Source: Callorhinchus milii (lineage: Eukaryota). From it: a DNA stretch of 64,000 nt. Below the pieces are notes generated by a model, which ran no database searches, was not told where the DNA came from, and saw nothing but the letters and a program-made list of their open reading frames with translations. Made by a program: the position numbers and the translations under genes. Each line of letters opens with the position of its first letter. Position 1 is the first letter of the stretch. The stretch lies in contig NW_024704742.1 of the NCBI RefSeq assembly GCF_018977255.1, forward strand, positions 40,488,001-40,552,000, written 5' to 3'. Positions 1 to 13,100 of the stretch are shown one piece after another.

Positions 1-2136
1 CCAGTACGTAGATGCACAGGATTCTTCTCATCACTTTAGTTCTTCATCTCTGCAGCATCACTGCAGAAAGTGCAAATGTCTGATATTGTCTCACAAAAGG
101 AAAATGCAAGGGGCAGTGAGTCGTTACTGAGCTTGGTAGTTTATAAAAGACATTAGGAAATGGAGATAGAAAAAATAGTTACAGGCATGAGTAGATCATT
201 GGATAATCCAATCTACCTATCACAAGTTTCATAAAGATTTCTTCCACTACTTTAGTCTGTTCAATGAATAACCTTGAATCTTGTTAAACTCCAGGAATTT
301 GTCTATTTTCTTCCAAAGAGAGATGTTGTCCAAACTTTCAGTACTTGAATACTTAACGGGGATGATCGGATAAATAAGATTGCTTAGTTTACACAATAGT
401 GTCTCACTAAACAGGCTTCAGCTGCATTTTGTCTCTACCATGTACCCAATTTAATAAATGTTTTAAGAAAAGATTATATAAATATAGAAAAGGCACCAAA
501 TAGGAATGTTTTTAACAGGTGAGATACTATAAGCTATTCTTTTCAAATAAGTTGCTTTACAGTCCCAATATTATAGTGAATCAGGTTGATTGTACAGATT
601 GGTCTTAATCCTTATAGATATTGTAAATCTGGATTTTCTAATTCTTGAGAACTTTTGTGAAAGTGATTTAACCAATTCACAGTTTTTATAATATCTAGAA
701 GAGTTTATGTAAAAGTTCTGTTTTATAATTGGAATTTTAAACTCTATCAACAATTGTTTAAGTGCTGTGCGCAGTGGGTAGCAGACTGGAGAGTAGTGAA
801 AGTCTACATTATAGTTTTAGCATCTGAAAGTATTTTTGAATACGGATCCACAGTGTGTATGCTGTAATGTTTACTACATGCGAATGAGCAATAACATGCC
901 ACTGCTTGAAGCTGTCATGCAATATTTAGTGTTGTATTAAAGCAAATCAGTAACAACTTGAAGTTTATTCATTGAAAGCCTTCAGGTTACGGCATCAAAG
1001 ATATTTCAATACTCAGTTACTCAGTTATCACCTTTTCTCTCCCAGTTCTACTTACGGATTATCAAATTCACTTGCATTCAACAATTTCCTTCCCCCAATT
1101 GCTGAGGAAGTTAATGTGTGATAATAAAATCACCTAGCTGCCAGATCATCATGTTCGCAATAATTTTCTAAAGCAAGAATACCAGGATCTCCCCATAAGG
1201 TTGCACTTTGGTCGGTTTTTTAAATAGCAAGACTGCTACAGTAACCTATGAAAAAGACAAAATGCAATGGGGGAGAATTTTAATGATGTAAGTTTAAAAA
1301 GTGAACAAGATTTTTTTTAATAGTTTTTCAAGTAAGGAAGAGTGCCAGTATCTTCAGAAGCAGCATTGATGCCTCATTTACCTTATATTGCTGTTGAAGT
1401 TGGAGCTGCTGTTGGCATCACTGCTGTAATATAAAAGCACCATCAGGCTGACTTGGCAAATTGTTTGAATTGTTCTCCTTGCATTCCAGCGCCTCCAGTT
1501 TTCAGTAAACATTTCCAAATCTTTTGCTAATTAAGCATTGTGGGCTGCTGTTCCACACTTGCCTGCTTCAGTAGAGAATTCATATTCGTTCAAACAGAAT
1601 TAAAAACATTTGCAAGTTTTAATTAATGATTTGTACTGTATATGATAAACTTGGTTAAAGCCTTCAGGTCACAAAAAGGCTATGTGAACACCCTCCCATG
1701 TTGGATAGTGTAAGGCTTTTGTGAAAATGATGAGAATGGAGCAAATAAATAAAATAAAAAGCAAATAAAAACAGTGTTTCCACAATCAATGTTTAAAGTT
1801 TCTTCCATTTTAGTTTTCTGTGCTTTTGATTGGGCAAACCCATAATACTGCACGGCCCAGTATGGTAATATGTTCACAAATTTCTACTGTTGCTGCTTGT
1901 ATCTAGATACTGTGAGTGGTGAGAAGGCTGCCAGATGTTTCCTTGTGGAATTGAGAGTGTATGTGTGTGTATGGTCTTTACCTGTTGGGTCTGATAGATG
2001 TATTGAGCAAGAGCTAAGCATCCTCCCAATTTATGACAGTGTGCAATGGTGCCTTTCACATCAGGAGCATGTTTCAGAATGCTTCACAGGATATACAGTA
2101 AAGTGAAACGACTACCATGGGTAAACGCTAAGAAAG

Positions 2137-3495
2137 CAACAACTTGCACTTATGTAGCACCCTCCACGCAGGGTAGCGTCTCAGAGCGCTTAACAGTGGC
2201 GGAGCCTGACTCCGAGCCAGCAGGGTGGAGGTGGCCGTAAGCACAGTCGAAGAGAAAGGTTCGAGTCCTACCTCACGAACCACCAGCAGTACATCTGCAC
2301 CAACGGCTTTTCCTCCCGCTCTCACTCAGTTACCTGCGGGATACCCCAGGGATCCATCCTTGGCCCCCTCCTCTTTCTGATCTATATGCTCCCTCTTGGG
2401 GATGTCATCCACAGACATGGGGTACACTTCCACACGTATGCGGATGACACCCAATTCTAATTTCCACCTCACTTTCCGACCCCCAGTCCCCTGATGTTCT
2501 GTCAGCCTTCTTGTCTGACCTTAGGAGATGGATGAGCGTAAATTTCCTTCAACTGAACATTGACAGGACGGAAGCCATACTCTTTGGCTCTCGTCAATGT
2601 CTAAAATTACACACTTCCTCCACCTACCCGACCTTCCCCTAAAACTCTCCAAACCCGTACGCAACCTAGGTGTCAGGTTCGACTGCCAATTATCCTTCCT
2701 CCCCCACATCCGGTCCCTCACCAGCACTGCCTTCTTCCACCTCCAACGCATCACCCGTCTCCGCCAATATCTCACTCCAAAAGCCGTTGAAACCTTGGAC
2801 TATTCAAATGCCCTCCTCGCCGGCCTCCCCTCCACTACCATCCATAAAATCCAGGTCATATAAAACTCTGCCGCCCGCATTCTCACCCGCACCAAACTCC
2901 GCTCCCCGATTACCCCAGTCCTTGCCAGACTGCACTGGCTGCCTGTCCCAGAGAGGATCGATTTCAAGATCCTCACACTTGTCTTCAAATCCCTCCACTC
3001 CTCTGCACCCCCTACCTCTCTGACCTCCTCTCTCCTCAAAACAGTGCCCGTTGCCTTTGCTCCACTAGGTCTGGCCTCCTCCTTGTCCCCTGAGTCCTCC
3101 GCTCCACCCCAGGCGGCCGTGCCTTCAGCCACTACGAGGCTCTGGAATTCCCTTCCTTATTCCCTTCGCCTCGCCCCCTCTCTTCCCATTTTCAGGTCTC
3201 GGCTGAAGACCTTTCTTTTCGACCGCGCCTTTGGTCACCTTCCCCACCCTCCCCCTGGCTCGGCCCTGGGATCCGTTACTGTGAAGCCGTCCGACGTGGA
3301 GGGCGCCATATAAATCCAAATTGTTGTTGTTGTTTTGAGGTGGGACTTGAAAAAGAGGAGAGGGAGCAAGGCGGAGGGATTGAGGGAGAGTGTTCCGGAG
3401 TTTCAGGGTGTAGAGGCTGAAAGTGCGACCTCCAATGGTGGGGCGGAGGGTGTGAGGGACGAGCAGGAGGCTGGTGCCAGTCGAGCGGAGGCACT
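2137..3495. mobile_element. Nested L2 LINE fragments: a + strand L2 (~2262-3334) inserted into a - strand L2 3' fragment (2137-2261 + 3335-3495)
   Basis: The + copy has decayed RT motifs ([23 protein letters not shown]) and a (TTG)n tail. The two flanking pieces join into one - strand L2 3' end. Confidence 0.8.
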
Positions 3496-6400
3496 GTGTT
3501 TGTTTGTATTTGCGTTTATGGTACCCAATTCAATATAATATGGAGCATGAAACTACAGTATGAATTGGGTTTCATGCTCCATATTACTTTAAGTGAAGCG
3601 GTATCACTTCTGACTGTTAGTACGCATCATTTATAAAGACAAAAATCTGGAGTCAAAATATGGATTTGAATTATGGAGTAAATCGTAGACTTATTCTGAT
3701 GTGAATTTGACCTTTTACTAGAACAATCTAATGACTTTCTTATTAAAATAGTACAAATGTCTTGTGTGCTTTTCTGGTTTCTTTGAATTGCACTTAAATC
3801 TTGCAAAATATTTTAATCCCTTTATAGTAAATACAGACTTTTATATTAAAAAATGCAGACAACAATAAAATATCTGTTTTGAATGTCAGCTCTCATCTAA
3901 GTTTTTACATTGAGATTTATATGGCAATTGATCATAATTTTGCACAATACTATTCTGAAACATGAGGCCCAGGATTGCGACATTTTGTGTTAGCTTTTTT
4001 ACAAATTGGAAAACTGAACGTTTAAATGAAAAAGAAACCAGTCGTTGACTGAAAGCTCCTGTACAGTATGTGCTTTCCAATGTTTCAAAAGCACTATAGG
4101 ATAGTATTTCTCTTTGTTGTTCACCTTGGCTTGTCCTTCCTGTTTGCTTAATATGAGCTGAATGTATCAGCTGTCCTTGTTCCACATGTTCTGAATTATT
4201 CAGTGCTTCTCCTGCTCCACCGATGAACACAGTTAGTATTTTTGTTTTCAGGTGCTCAATGTAGTTTCCAGCTGTTCTTTTTTAAACATTTTACTTTAAA
4301 CTGGGATTTGGGATTTTTTTAAATTTGGGAGTAGCGGAAAATCGCTAACAGTGCTCAACTAAATGTAGAGAAGTAGTGATAATGGATGTATATTGACTGT
4401 TGTGTGGGATCGTACTCTTATTTCTTTGTCCTAGATTAAGGTGTTTTGTCGTTTGGGTATCCTTTTAGATTGAAAATTCAGTTTGTTTGGGACCTTTCAA
4501 AGATATGTAGTATATAATATAAGTTGTACACATCCATTGCAGGTCTGATAATGGCCAAAAAGGTAATGTTTCAACAATAGAAAAAGAGTACCCCATGATC
4601 ATGTTCAGAGTGATATTTTTGTACTTGTACTTCTGCAGGAAAGCAATATTCTTACTGGTGCCGAGATGTCAGAAAAAGCACCTTGCAATGTACACTGCAA
4701 GATGGAAATGAAAGTGTGTCATGTCAAATCAGAGATCTCGGTTCCAATCTGAGATGGTCTCAGAGCTGAGGTGTTAGGAGTTAGTGTGGCATATATCAGT
4801 TCTCCATATGAGAGATGGTATTGAAGCAATGAGCATATATTTCTCAATTAGAAAGTAGTTTGGTGAACCAAAATTACTTTGTTCTCTTCTTAAGGCTTCC
4901 CACAAATTAACTATGTGCAAACATAGAACCAGGACAATCTTGTCCATGAGTGTCCAATTGGTGTACATGTTTTTTTAAATAAACATTGCCTGGAATCATA
5001 CTGTAGCGTTAGATTAAGCAGCCATAAGTCCAATACTGCAATCTGAAACATCTGAATTCCCAAATAAGACGATGTTTGCACAGAGTGCTCAAAATTCTAA
5101 TTGCTGCAAGTTTCAAAGGAATACAGCAAACTCCTGATAACTTGACCCTTAATTTGTCACTACCACTTAAATCTCATGCTGATCCTGGCTACATTTTTTT
5201 TTGTATTTGTATTTCTACAACCTGTTTCTGATATTGGCCATGAAATTGCCCTTTACAACTAAACCTATGTCCACTCATTCTACTATCTTGTTGCATCCTA
5301 AAGTATTGATCTGGGTTTGTTTTTTCAAACCCAAATAAAAAAANTTGCACCTCCTATGAGGTCCCCTCTGAGTCATCTTCTCTCAAGACTGAATTATTGT
5401 GGATTATGGAATAGGTTAGCCAGTGAATTGTGTAAAATGTTGATTATAATGTGAAGAAAAGCCTTGTGAGTTGTTTAACACTTTTCATTTCAGTGCTCAC
5501 CCGATTTTCAAGTTTAATTAAATAACCATCCTTTAAAATACTGCTTTATTTTGGCAGCTCTATTCATGACTATTATGGAAAGTATAGAAGTTTATGAAAA
5601 ATGTAATGGCCATCAGTCCTTCGAACTGAAATATTTCCAACAATGTTTTTTAACTGGAGAATGTTTTAACTTAATTGAATTTAACTTTTGTAAAGCTATG
5701 TAGTCATTATATTAAAATAATCAGAACTAATTGTATTTAATGAACAGCCTTTTGGAGGACAGCTGAATGTCATTCTAGTTGTCTAATGTACTATACCATT
5801 CCCACATCAACTGCCTCTGGCGAGTTGATTTAAATTTTCGTCTGACAGGCATTAATGGCTAGTGAGCAGTAATTACACACAGTAATATAATTGAGGTTCA
5901 GGTGGCATTTTAAACTGCACTTGTGAAGCTTAAGTGGTTGGAAACGATTAACATTTGAATTATAAGATTGTGTTTTTCTTTTGTCTTAATCGCTGTGTTA
6001 CTTTTATATTTAAAATAATGCACACTTCAAAGAGTATCCTGATTTTATGGTTTATATTTGAATTTGACTCTTACGGATTTATTTTGAGATCATCCTTTCT
6101 TGAGTGAGTTACTCGTTTGTAAGGCTGTCTGCCTTGAGATTCAGGTGATCTTTGGTAGATATTTTCCCCTTCCTCCAAATGCGATTTCTAAGATTTTTCC
6201 TTCTGGACATCTTTTTTCATAATCCCTCCTCATCCAAATCCATATGAATTGGCTGCTTGACCCATTTATTGTTGCTGGGAGCAAAATAGCTGCCACGATT
6301 GCCTATGACAAAATTCAATTTATTCTCAATTTATCTCATTCTGGAAATTACCTCTAAGCCATTTTGTACACAAAATACTATATAAATGCAGGTTTATCTG

Positions 6401-9400
6401 TGCAAGTTCACTCCCACGTTGGTGTATAATGACTTCCATTGATTAATTAATAATTTAACAAAAAGCTCTGAGACGCGACTCTGAGTGGAGGGCACTATAT
6501 AAGTGCATGTTGTTGTTGCCTTATCACATCTTCAAAATATCTCAAAGCATTTCACAGAATTTAATATAAAGTGAGGTGGCCATTTTTGATGACAGACAAT
6601 TTGCATACAGTAATGCCTCACAAACAGCCATAAAATGAATGACAAATGTTATCTTTTCTTGAATGGTGCCATAGAATCTTTCACATCCACCTGAACATGA
6701 ATAGGCCTTATTGTTAGTAAACCCAGATCATTTCTTTAGGATGTACCATGACAGTATAACAAGAGGACAGAAGTTTATAGAGTTCTGAAGGGAAAATTCA
6801 GACTAGGTACCAGGAAATTTTTACAGAGGGTAATCATTGATTCACTGGATCAGATTGCTAGGAAAGGCTACAAAGAGTACAAACATGCAATTCAACTCAA
6901 TCAGTCAGTGCCTGTGTTTATACACAAATCTTCACCGTTCCTTAGTTCCTCCCATACTCCTCTATTCCCCTTTCCCTCATGTCAGGGTCTAGCTTCCTTT
7001 TGAATGAATCTACACTATCTGGTGGTGGTAGAGGTCATTTAAAAAGCAGCTTGATGCAGTGAGTAATGGGGGAATGGTAGGATAGGTGTTCTGGAAGGGC
7101 GAGATGGGATGAGCCGAAGGGCCTTCTTCATCCAAACCAATCTTGTGATCTGAAGGATGGCTTCTCCAACAATGCAACATTGCCCCAGTGCTATATTGGA
7201 ATTTCAGCCAAGACTGTAAGTTCAAAGACCTGGTGTGGGACTTGAACCTACAACCTCTGACTTGGAGGAAAGTTCTTCCAGCTGAGTCAGACTGACACCA
7301 AATTACTGTGCATTGGTTGAAATGATTAAATGACGATCCTTATAAAGTCTTAAAGATGAACAACTGAACAATAACCATTTGAAAGATTGATTAGTGTTTC
7401 ACATATCCAAAATATTATCCTTTTTGCTCAGTTGAATGTTACTGAACCTGCTGTACATCAGCATTTTCAGTTTCAAGATTTCCAGAATTCATGTTTTCTT
7501 TTTTTAATCCCTCTAACTGAAGATATTTTGCTCCTTTCTGTTGAGATTTGTTTGTCCTTTGTCCTGTTCATCATTGTTGTTGCTGTTTACTGTTTTCATA
7601 GCCTATTCTTATTTTGGCATCTAGCCATTAATTCCATGTTTACTTCTGCTATATTTTACCTTTTTAAATCTACTAACATCACCATGATATGTAGTGAACC
7701 TGAGATCACTCTACTTGTCATTCCATCGCAATCGTTGCTGCCCGAGGAGTGGTTTTATGCATTCTCTGACTTGGCTCTTCAGCATCCAATAAGCTACCTT
7801 GGACCCCAGTTTCATACTTTTCCCCATCAGTTGCTTTATTTACAATTTAGTTTCTCTTTCCTTTTTGATAGCCTGAACTGAAATTTCCACCAACCCCTGC
7901 TCCCATCTTCTATTCCAGGTCTTCTGTCCAGACAGCTGTTTGCCCCGTTCTCACTATCACACTGCATTGTCGTTTTTTTGCCCCTGAGCTATCTATTCTT
8001 ACTATAGGATTAAGCTTCATCCCCCTCTGCCCGGAGCTCAACAAAATTAAAGCTTTAAGTGATGAATTTCATACTTCTACCTACAGCATAACATGCTTTT
8101 GTTTTTCCTGTGCCCCTTAAACAGCATGTCAAATCTATTAAAGATGAGCAGCCTTTTTCGGTTTACAGTATAAGCCTTTTTATCAAGTATTTTTGGGGGT
8201 TGATCAATTCTCTTCTGAATGGTTACACTTACACCTGAAATGTTAACATTACAGTATTTTTCTTATTCAAATGCTTTCCATTATGTTCTGTTTTTGTTTC
8301 ACATTTCAAACATTTGCAGTTTTTTCATCTTTAGATTTAGTTTTATGATTTTTAAGTTTTGTTGGTATTTAGCCATATTTATACAGGACTAATTCAGATT
8401 TGAGAATGTTTTTTTTATTTTTTCCTCCTCATAATATTTTTCCTTGAATGATTGAGAAGTGTGATTCTGATGCAACAAAGGAATTTAGAGCTGCAATCAA
8501 CGATCAATGTCTAACTTTATTTGTTACTGTCTTGGTGATTTGGCTTATTATTGGAATTAATTCTAAATAGTTTCATAGATAAATACAGTTGCTGTTTGTA
8601 GTATGTCAATACATAGAAGTTCTAATTTTCTTGAGTTTGCCTTGACCTTGCGAGAGCATTAATGTAGGAAATTTTTGCAGCAGAATTCATTGAATTTGAC
8701 CACAAAATTGGCGAATTGAGAAATATCGCTTTGTATAACCTTCACACAATATCATTGGTGATACATTAATAAAGTTTTATTCCATTGGTACACAGTTCTA
8801 TGGCGGCTTAATCAAATGCTCCATAACTGACAGCTTGATAGTTTATGGGGAAATACATATTCTGATCCCTCAAGCAGCTCGTGGAATGTGTAAGAAAATG
8901 ATTGAAACTATTTTATGTTTGTTAATTTCATAACTACAAATATTATAGGTCATATAAAAAACGTATTGAAACAAACAGTATGATCGGAAAAAAACTGAAA
9001 AGATCCAAAATCTTGAATTCACATTGCTTAATGATTTTCAAGGTTCTTTTATTTTACTGTGCTTGAAGTATGATGACTTCAAAATATTTTGATTTCTTCA
9101 TTTGTAGTTTTGGGATTAGCCCATATATTGTCTCCTAAGTAAAAATGTGAAACCACTGCACAGTAAGTAAAATATCTACTGTCAATTACAGCCCATGGTG
9201 GCAATCAAAATGATCACATCAAAAGCTCCAGCTAGAGATAAATTCTGTCGAGCATCATAGGCCTCTGATCTCTTCCTCTATTGTTTAATTGAGAGTTATC
9301 GTAAACGTTTAAAAATAAATGAGCAATACTATCAGTTGCTCAGCAGTGAAATATTGTTATGTCTGATAAAAGTTTAAGATCCAAGATGCCTTTAAGCTTT

Positions 9401-9615
9401 TAAACATGGACTGCTGAAGTTGAGATAGTTGAAAACATATTGAAAGGATTATTTTAACAGTAAAGTGGACATACCTTCTTACAAATGTGGCTAACCAGAT
9501 AACTAGCAACTGATACATTTCAAGTATTCCTTGGCTTTCTTCATTAAAATCTATACCTATCTATCTTGCATAACACCTTTGTATCTTAGTAATATCTAAG
9601 ATTTACACTAAATGT

Positions 9616-9783
9616 GGAGTCCTGTAGCTTAGAGCGCTCGCCTCGTAAGCGAGAGGACCTGGGTTTGATTCCTGGGCAGGGTGGAATGTTGAACACCATT
9701 AAGTATTCAAATTCAGCTTCTCTGAAGCTCTTTGAGACGTGGTACTAGATATGGTGCTGGATCAAATGCAAGGATTATTATTA
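9616..9783 (+). mobile_element. tRNA-headed SINE, internally deleted
   Basis: GGAGTCCTGTAGC head, tRNA-like arms, ATCAAATGCAAGG(ATT)n tail. Confidence 0.8.
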
Positions 9784-10074
9784 AATATTGAAGCTACCTT
9801 TAAATGAATTATTTTTTGACCAGGTCTGGATTTATGAAATATTTCTCTTCACAGGCAGCATATGTGATGTGATGCTACAGTCTGGATTTATTATAATAAA
9901 GACAAAGGCACTAATCGCAGAACAATAACGCTTTGGGTGATCGATTTATTGATCGTGTTATAACCGAAAAATTACTGTTTTTAAATCTTTACTAATCACT
10001 ATGATTTTAAAATAATGTAGATTTATCTTGCAGGATTAGTGTTCCATACTTATAGTAACTTTCTCTTTTCATAG

Positions 10075-10165
10075 GATCGCACTCGTCTATATGACTCCTT
10101 GAACATGCACTCACTTGAAAACTCACTCATTGATATAATGAGAGCTGAGCACGATCCACTGAAAG
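10075..10165 (+). CDS. CPEB2: CPEB2 coding exon (91 nt) [30 protein letters not shown](G)
   Basis: ttctcttttcatag|GATCGC ... CTGAAAG|gtgag; the peptide matches the CPEB2/3/4 [12 protein letters not shown] motif. Confidence 0.95.
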
Positions 10166-13100
10166 GTGAGTATTGCTCTTAAAAACTCATGAAATGCTTA
10201 CATTTTGGGAAAAAAACTCTTCATTGATCAAGTTCCTACCTAACTCAACCTTATGACAAAAAATGTTATAGCGTTTATTGCCTAAAGCTTAAAAAATATA
10301 TTTAGAAGAGCAAAATATGGAACCATGAATAGAGCATAGACAATTTCAATGGAATTGAAAATAATGTTTTTTTGCATAAGAACATCTTGAGGAATGTGTA
10401 AAGGAATTATAGCCTAACCCTGAGGAAAAATTAATAAAACATAACCAAGGTATCAATGGCTGAGTAAAGAAATACAAAAATACCCTAAAGGCTGAGTTTA
10501 GAAATTTGGTGCGTGGTGTGAAGTAGCTGGAGATTTAAGGACCAGATAGGTTCTGAAGTAAGAACACGATAATTTGGAGTCCTGTAGCTTAGTCTGGAGT
10601 CCTGTAGCTTCATGGTTAGAGCACTCACCTCGTAAGCGAGAGGCCCTGAGTTCGATTCCCAGACAGGGTGAAATCTTAGGCAAGTGTCCTTACTCCACAC
10701 GCCTCTGTTTACCCAGTAGGAACCTGGTTATTAGTCAATTGGTGGATTGCTTTTCCAGGGATAATAATTCCTTAAGAAAATAATTCTTAAAAAAAAAATT
10801 TGGTTACTCAATCCCTTACTGTTTGTGGGACGCTGCCATGTTCCGCCCACAAAATATACAGCCGATTTACGGTATATTCTGTGAAGCACTTTGAGACTTC
10901 TCGAAGATGTGATAAGGCGCTGTATCAAAATGCAAGTATTGTTATATTAGGCAAGATATTAATTTTTTGGTTAGAGCACTCGCCTTGCAAGTGAAACACC
11001 TGGGTTCAATTCCAGGCAGGGCGAAACCTTGGGCAAGTTTCCTTACTCCACATGCCTGATAATAATCCCTCCAAAACCCAAAACAATAATAAATTGGTCA
11101 TTTTCAATCCACGACTGTTTGTGGGACATTGCTGTGCGCAATTGGCTGCCGCGTTTCGCCCACAAATATACAGTCAATTCACTTTACAGCATATTCCGTG
11201 AAGTGTTTTGAGAGTCTAGAATATGTGAAAAGCGCTATATCAAATGCAAGGATTATTATTATCATAAAATGAGAAATGGCAAATGTTAAATCTTCATGAA
11301 TCCAGACTCAAATTTCAGAAGCAGGCATAGGACTCTATATCTTTATAATAGTCAATAAATCGCGTGTTTCAAAGAAAATGAAAATATTATATACACTGGA
11401 AGGAGTAGATTGGAAACAGCATAAAATCCTTAAAGGAATGGGTGAGGAAATGGATTAATTGTGGTAATTATTCTGAATTCTACAGATATGGGCACCTCCC
11501 CTGAGGGCTGGAGGATAATCATTGTGCTCCCACTGGTCAAATCTGATGTGAACATTTTAAAGTAATTGTGAATTTTAAGCAAGCATGACTACCTAAGGAA
11601 TAGTTGGCATAAGTTTAGAAGTGATCGGTTATATAATCTGCTCTCATGTATTTCATGCTGAGTGGTGCAGCTCATGAGGAAGCTCACGGGAAGTTCTTGG
11701 TACTTTGCATCCACCTAGTGAGGGCTCAAACCTGCACTTGTCCATTGACCACTCTATCCTCCTCCACTGCCTCTCCTCTCACCTCAACCTTCATGGCTCT
11801 GTGGGCTCTGGAACGGAGAGGGGGTGGGGTGGGCGGAGATTGGGCTCTGGAGCGGTGGGGGTTAACTCTGTGGGCTCTGAAGCGGGGAGGACGGGCTTTG
11901 CAGGTTGCAGGGGAGCGTCCATTCGGGGGGCTCTGTGGGTTCTTAGAAACGTAAAAGACGCAAAATTATAGGATAAGATTTGTATATTAAAGACTCTTTT
12001 GAAATTGGGTATGTACAGTGCGTTCCCATTACAAATTGCTTCGATACACCTGATTTGTTGAGAACCTGACTACGTGACTATTTTCTGGCATTGGGAAATG
12101 GCAGGCATATGGTAACCAAGCAGCCAGCTGTGCACAAAACAGCTATCACTCATTATAAGGTAGATTAGAATTTTCAGGATCTTATCATACTGCTTTTTAA
12201 ATGTTTTTGACAGGCTACTGGGATAAACACCCTTCTCTTTTGGAATAGTGTCATTGCATCTTTAACATCCACCTTATAGGCAGTTGGGACCTCAGTTGTA
12301 CATCTCTTCTGAATTATTGCACCTTCAAAACACCCCCAGCACTGCATTGGAGTGTCAGCCTAGGCTGAACTCCATAGAACCAATACATGTCTCTCTTGAT
12401 CATGCGTTATTTAAACAGGATGTGTGCAGCTGGGAATTATGAAGCACATGAATAAGGCAGAACTGGAAACACTGATAAAACACAGAAATAGGCTGGCAAG
12501 AAGGTCACCTTTTTCAGTTACATGAGTCCTCAAGTGTAAGGTTTCACAATGTAGTACAGTAAGGTGTATGAGTGAAATCAAATCTACAAGGAAGTGACTG
12601 GAATAGCATAGAAAAGGAAGGGAGCTGAACAGAGCAGGTCAAATCATAAAAATGGAGCTTTATCATCCAGTTAACTGGATATATGCTAGTCAAGCTTGTT
12701 CTTTTATTTAGCCATGTTCATTTTTATTTCTTCTTTTTCTTTCAATTCTTAGTGTTTCAATTTTTCAGTCTTTTTGTTCACTGTTCATCTTTTTGTACAA
12801 GCTGTAAGAAATGGATATTTGACCCATTAAGTTCCAAATTGTGGATTCCTGTAGACTTATTGGTTGGAGAACTCAAACCACATACTTTGTGTTTCGCCCA
12901 CACAATATACAGTCAATTCACTTCATAGTATATTCTGTGAAGCGCTTTGAGACATCTTGAAGATGTAACAAGGCGCTATATCAATTGCAAGGATTGTTAT
13001 TGGTTGACCCTGTTGTGGAAATGAAAATAGTGCAGATATGAAGTCATTATGCAGAATACATTGTCCAACACACTGGAACCTCATAATGTGGTGGTTGGGA

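Noticed and set aside
519..584. Possible equivalent of the mammalian CPEB2 30-aa alternative exon (aacag|GTGAGA...AATCAG)
   Set aside because: Only the first two codons (VR) resemble it, the length differs, the pyrimidine tract is short and the donor (gttgat) is poor.
7387..7881. 164-aa hydrophobic ORF
   Set aside because: T-rich intronic sequence with a non-ATG start, no recognisable domain and no splice support.
10034..10074. Upstream alternative acceptor tcttgcag|GATTAG
   Set aside because: It adds 41 nt with an immediate stop, and nothing suggests it is used.
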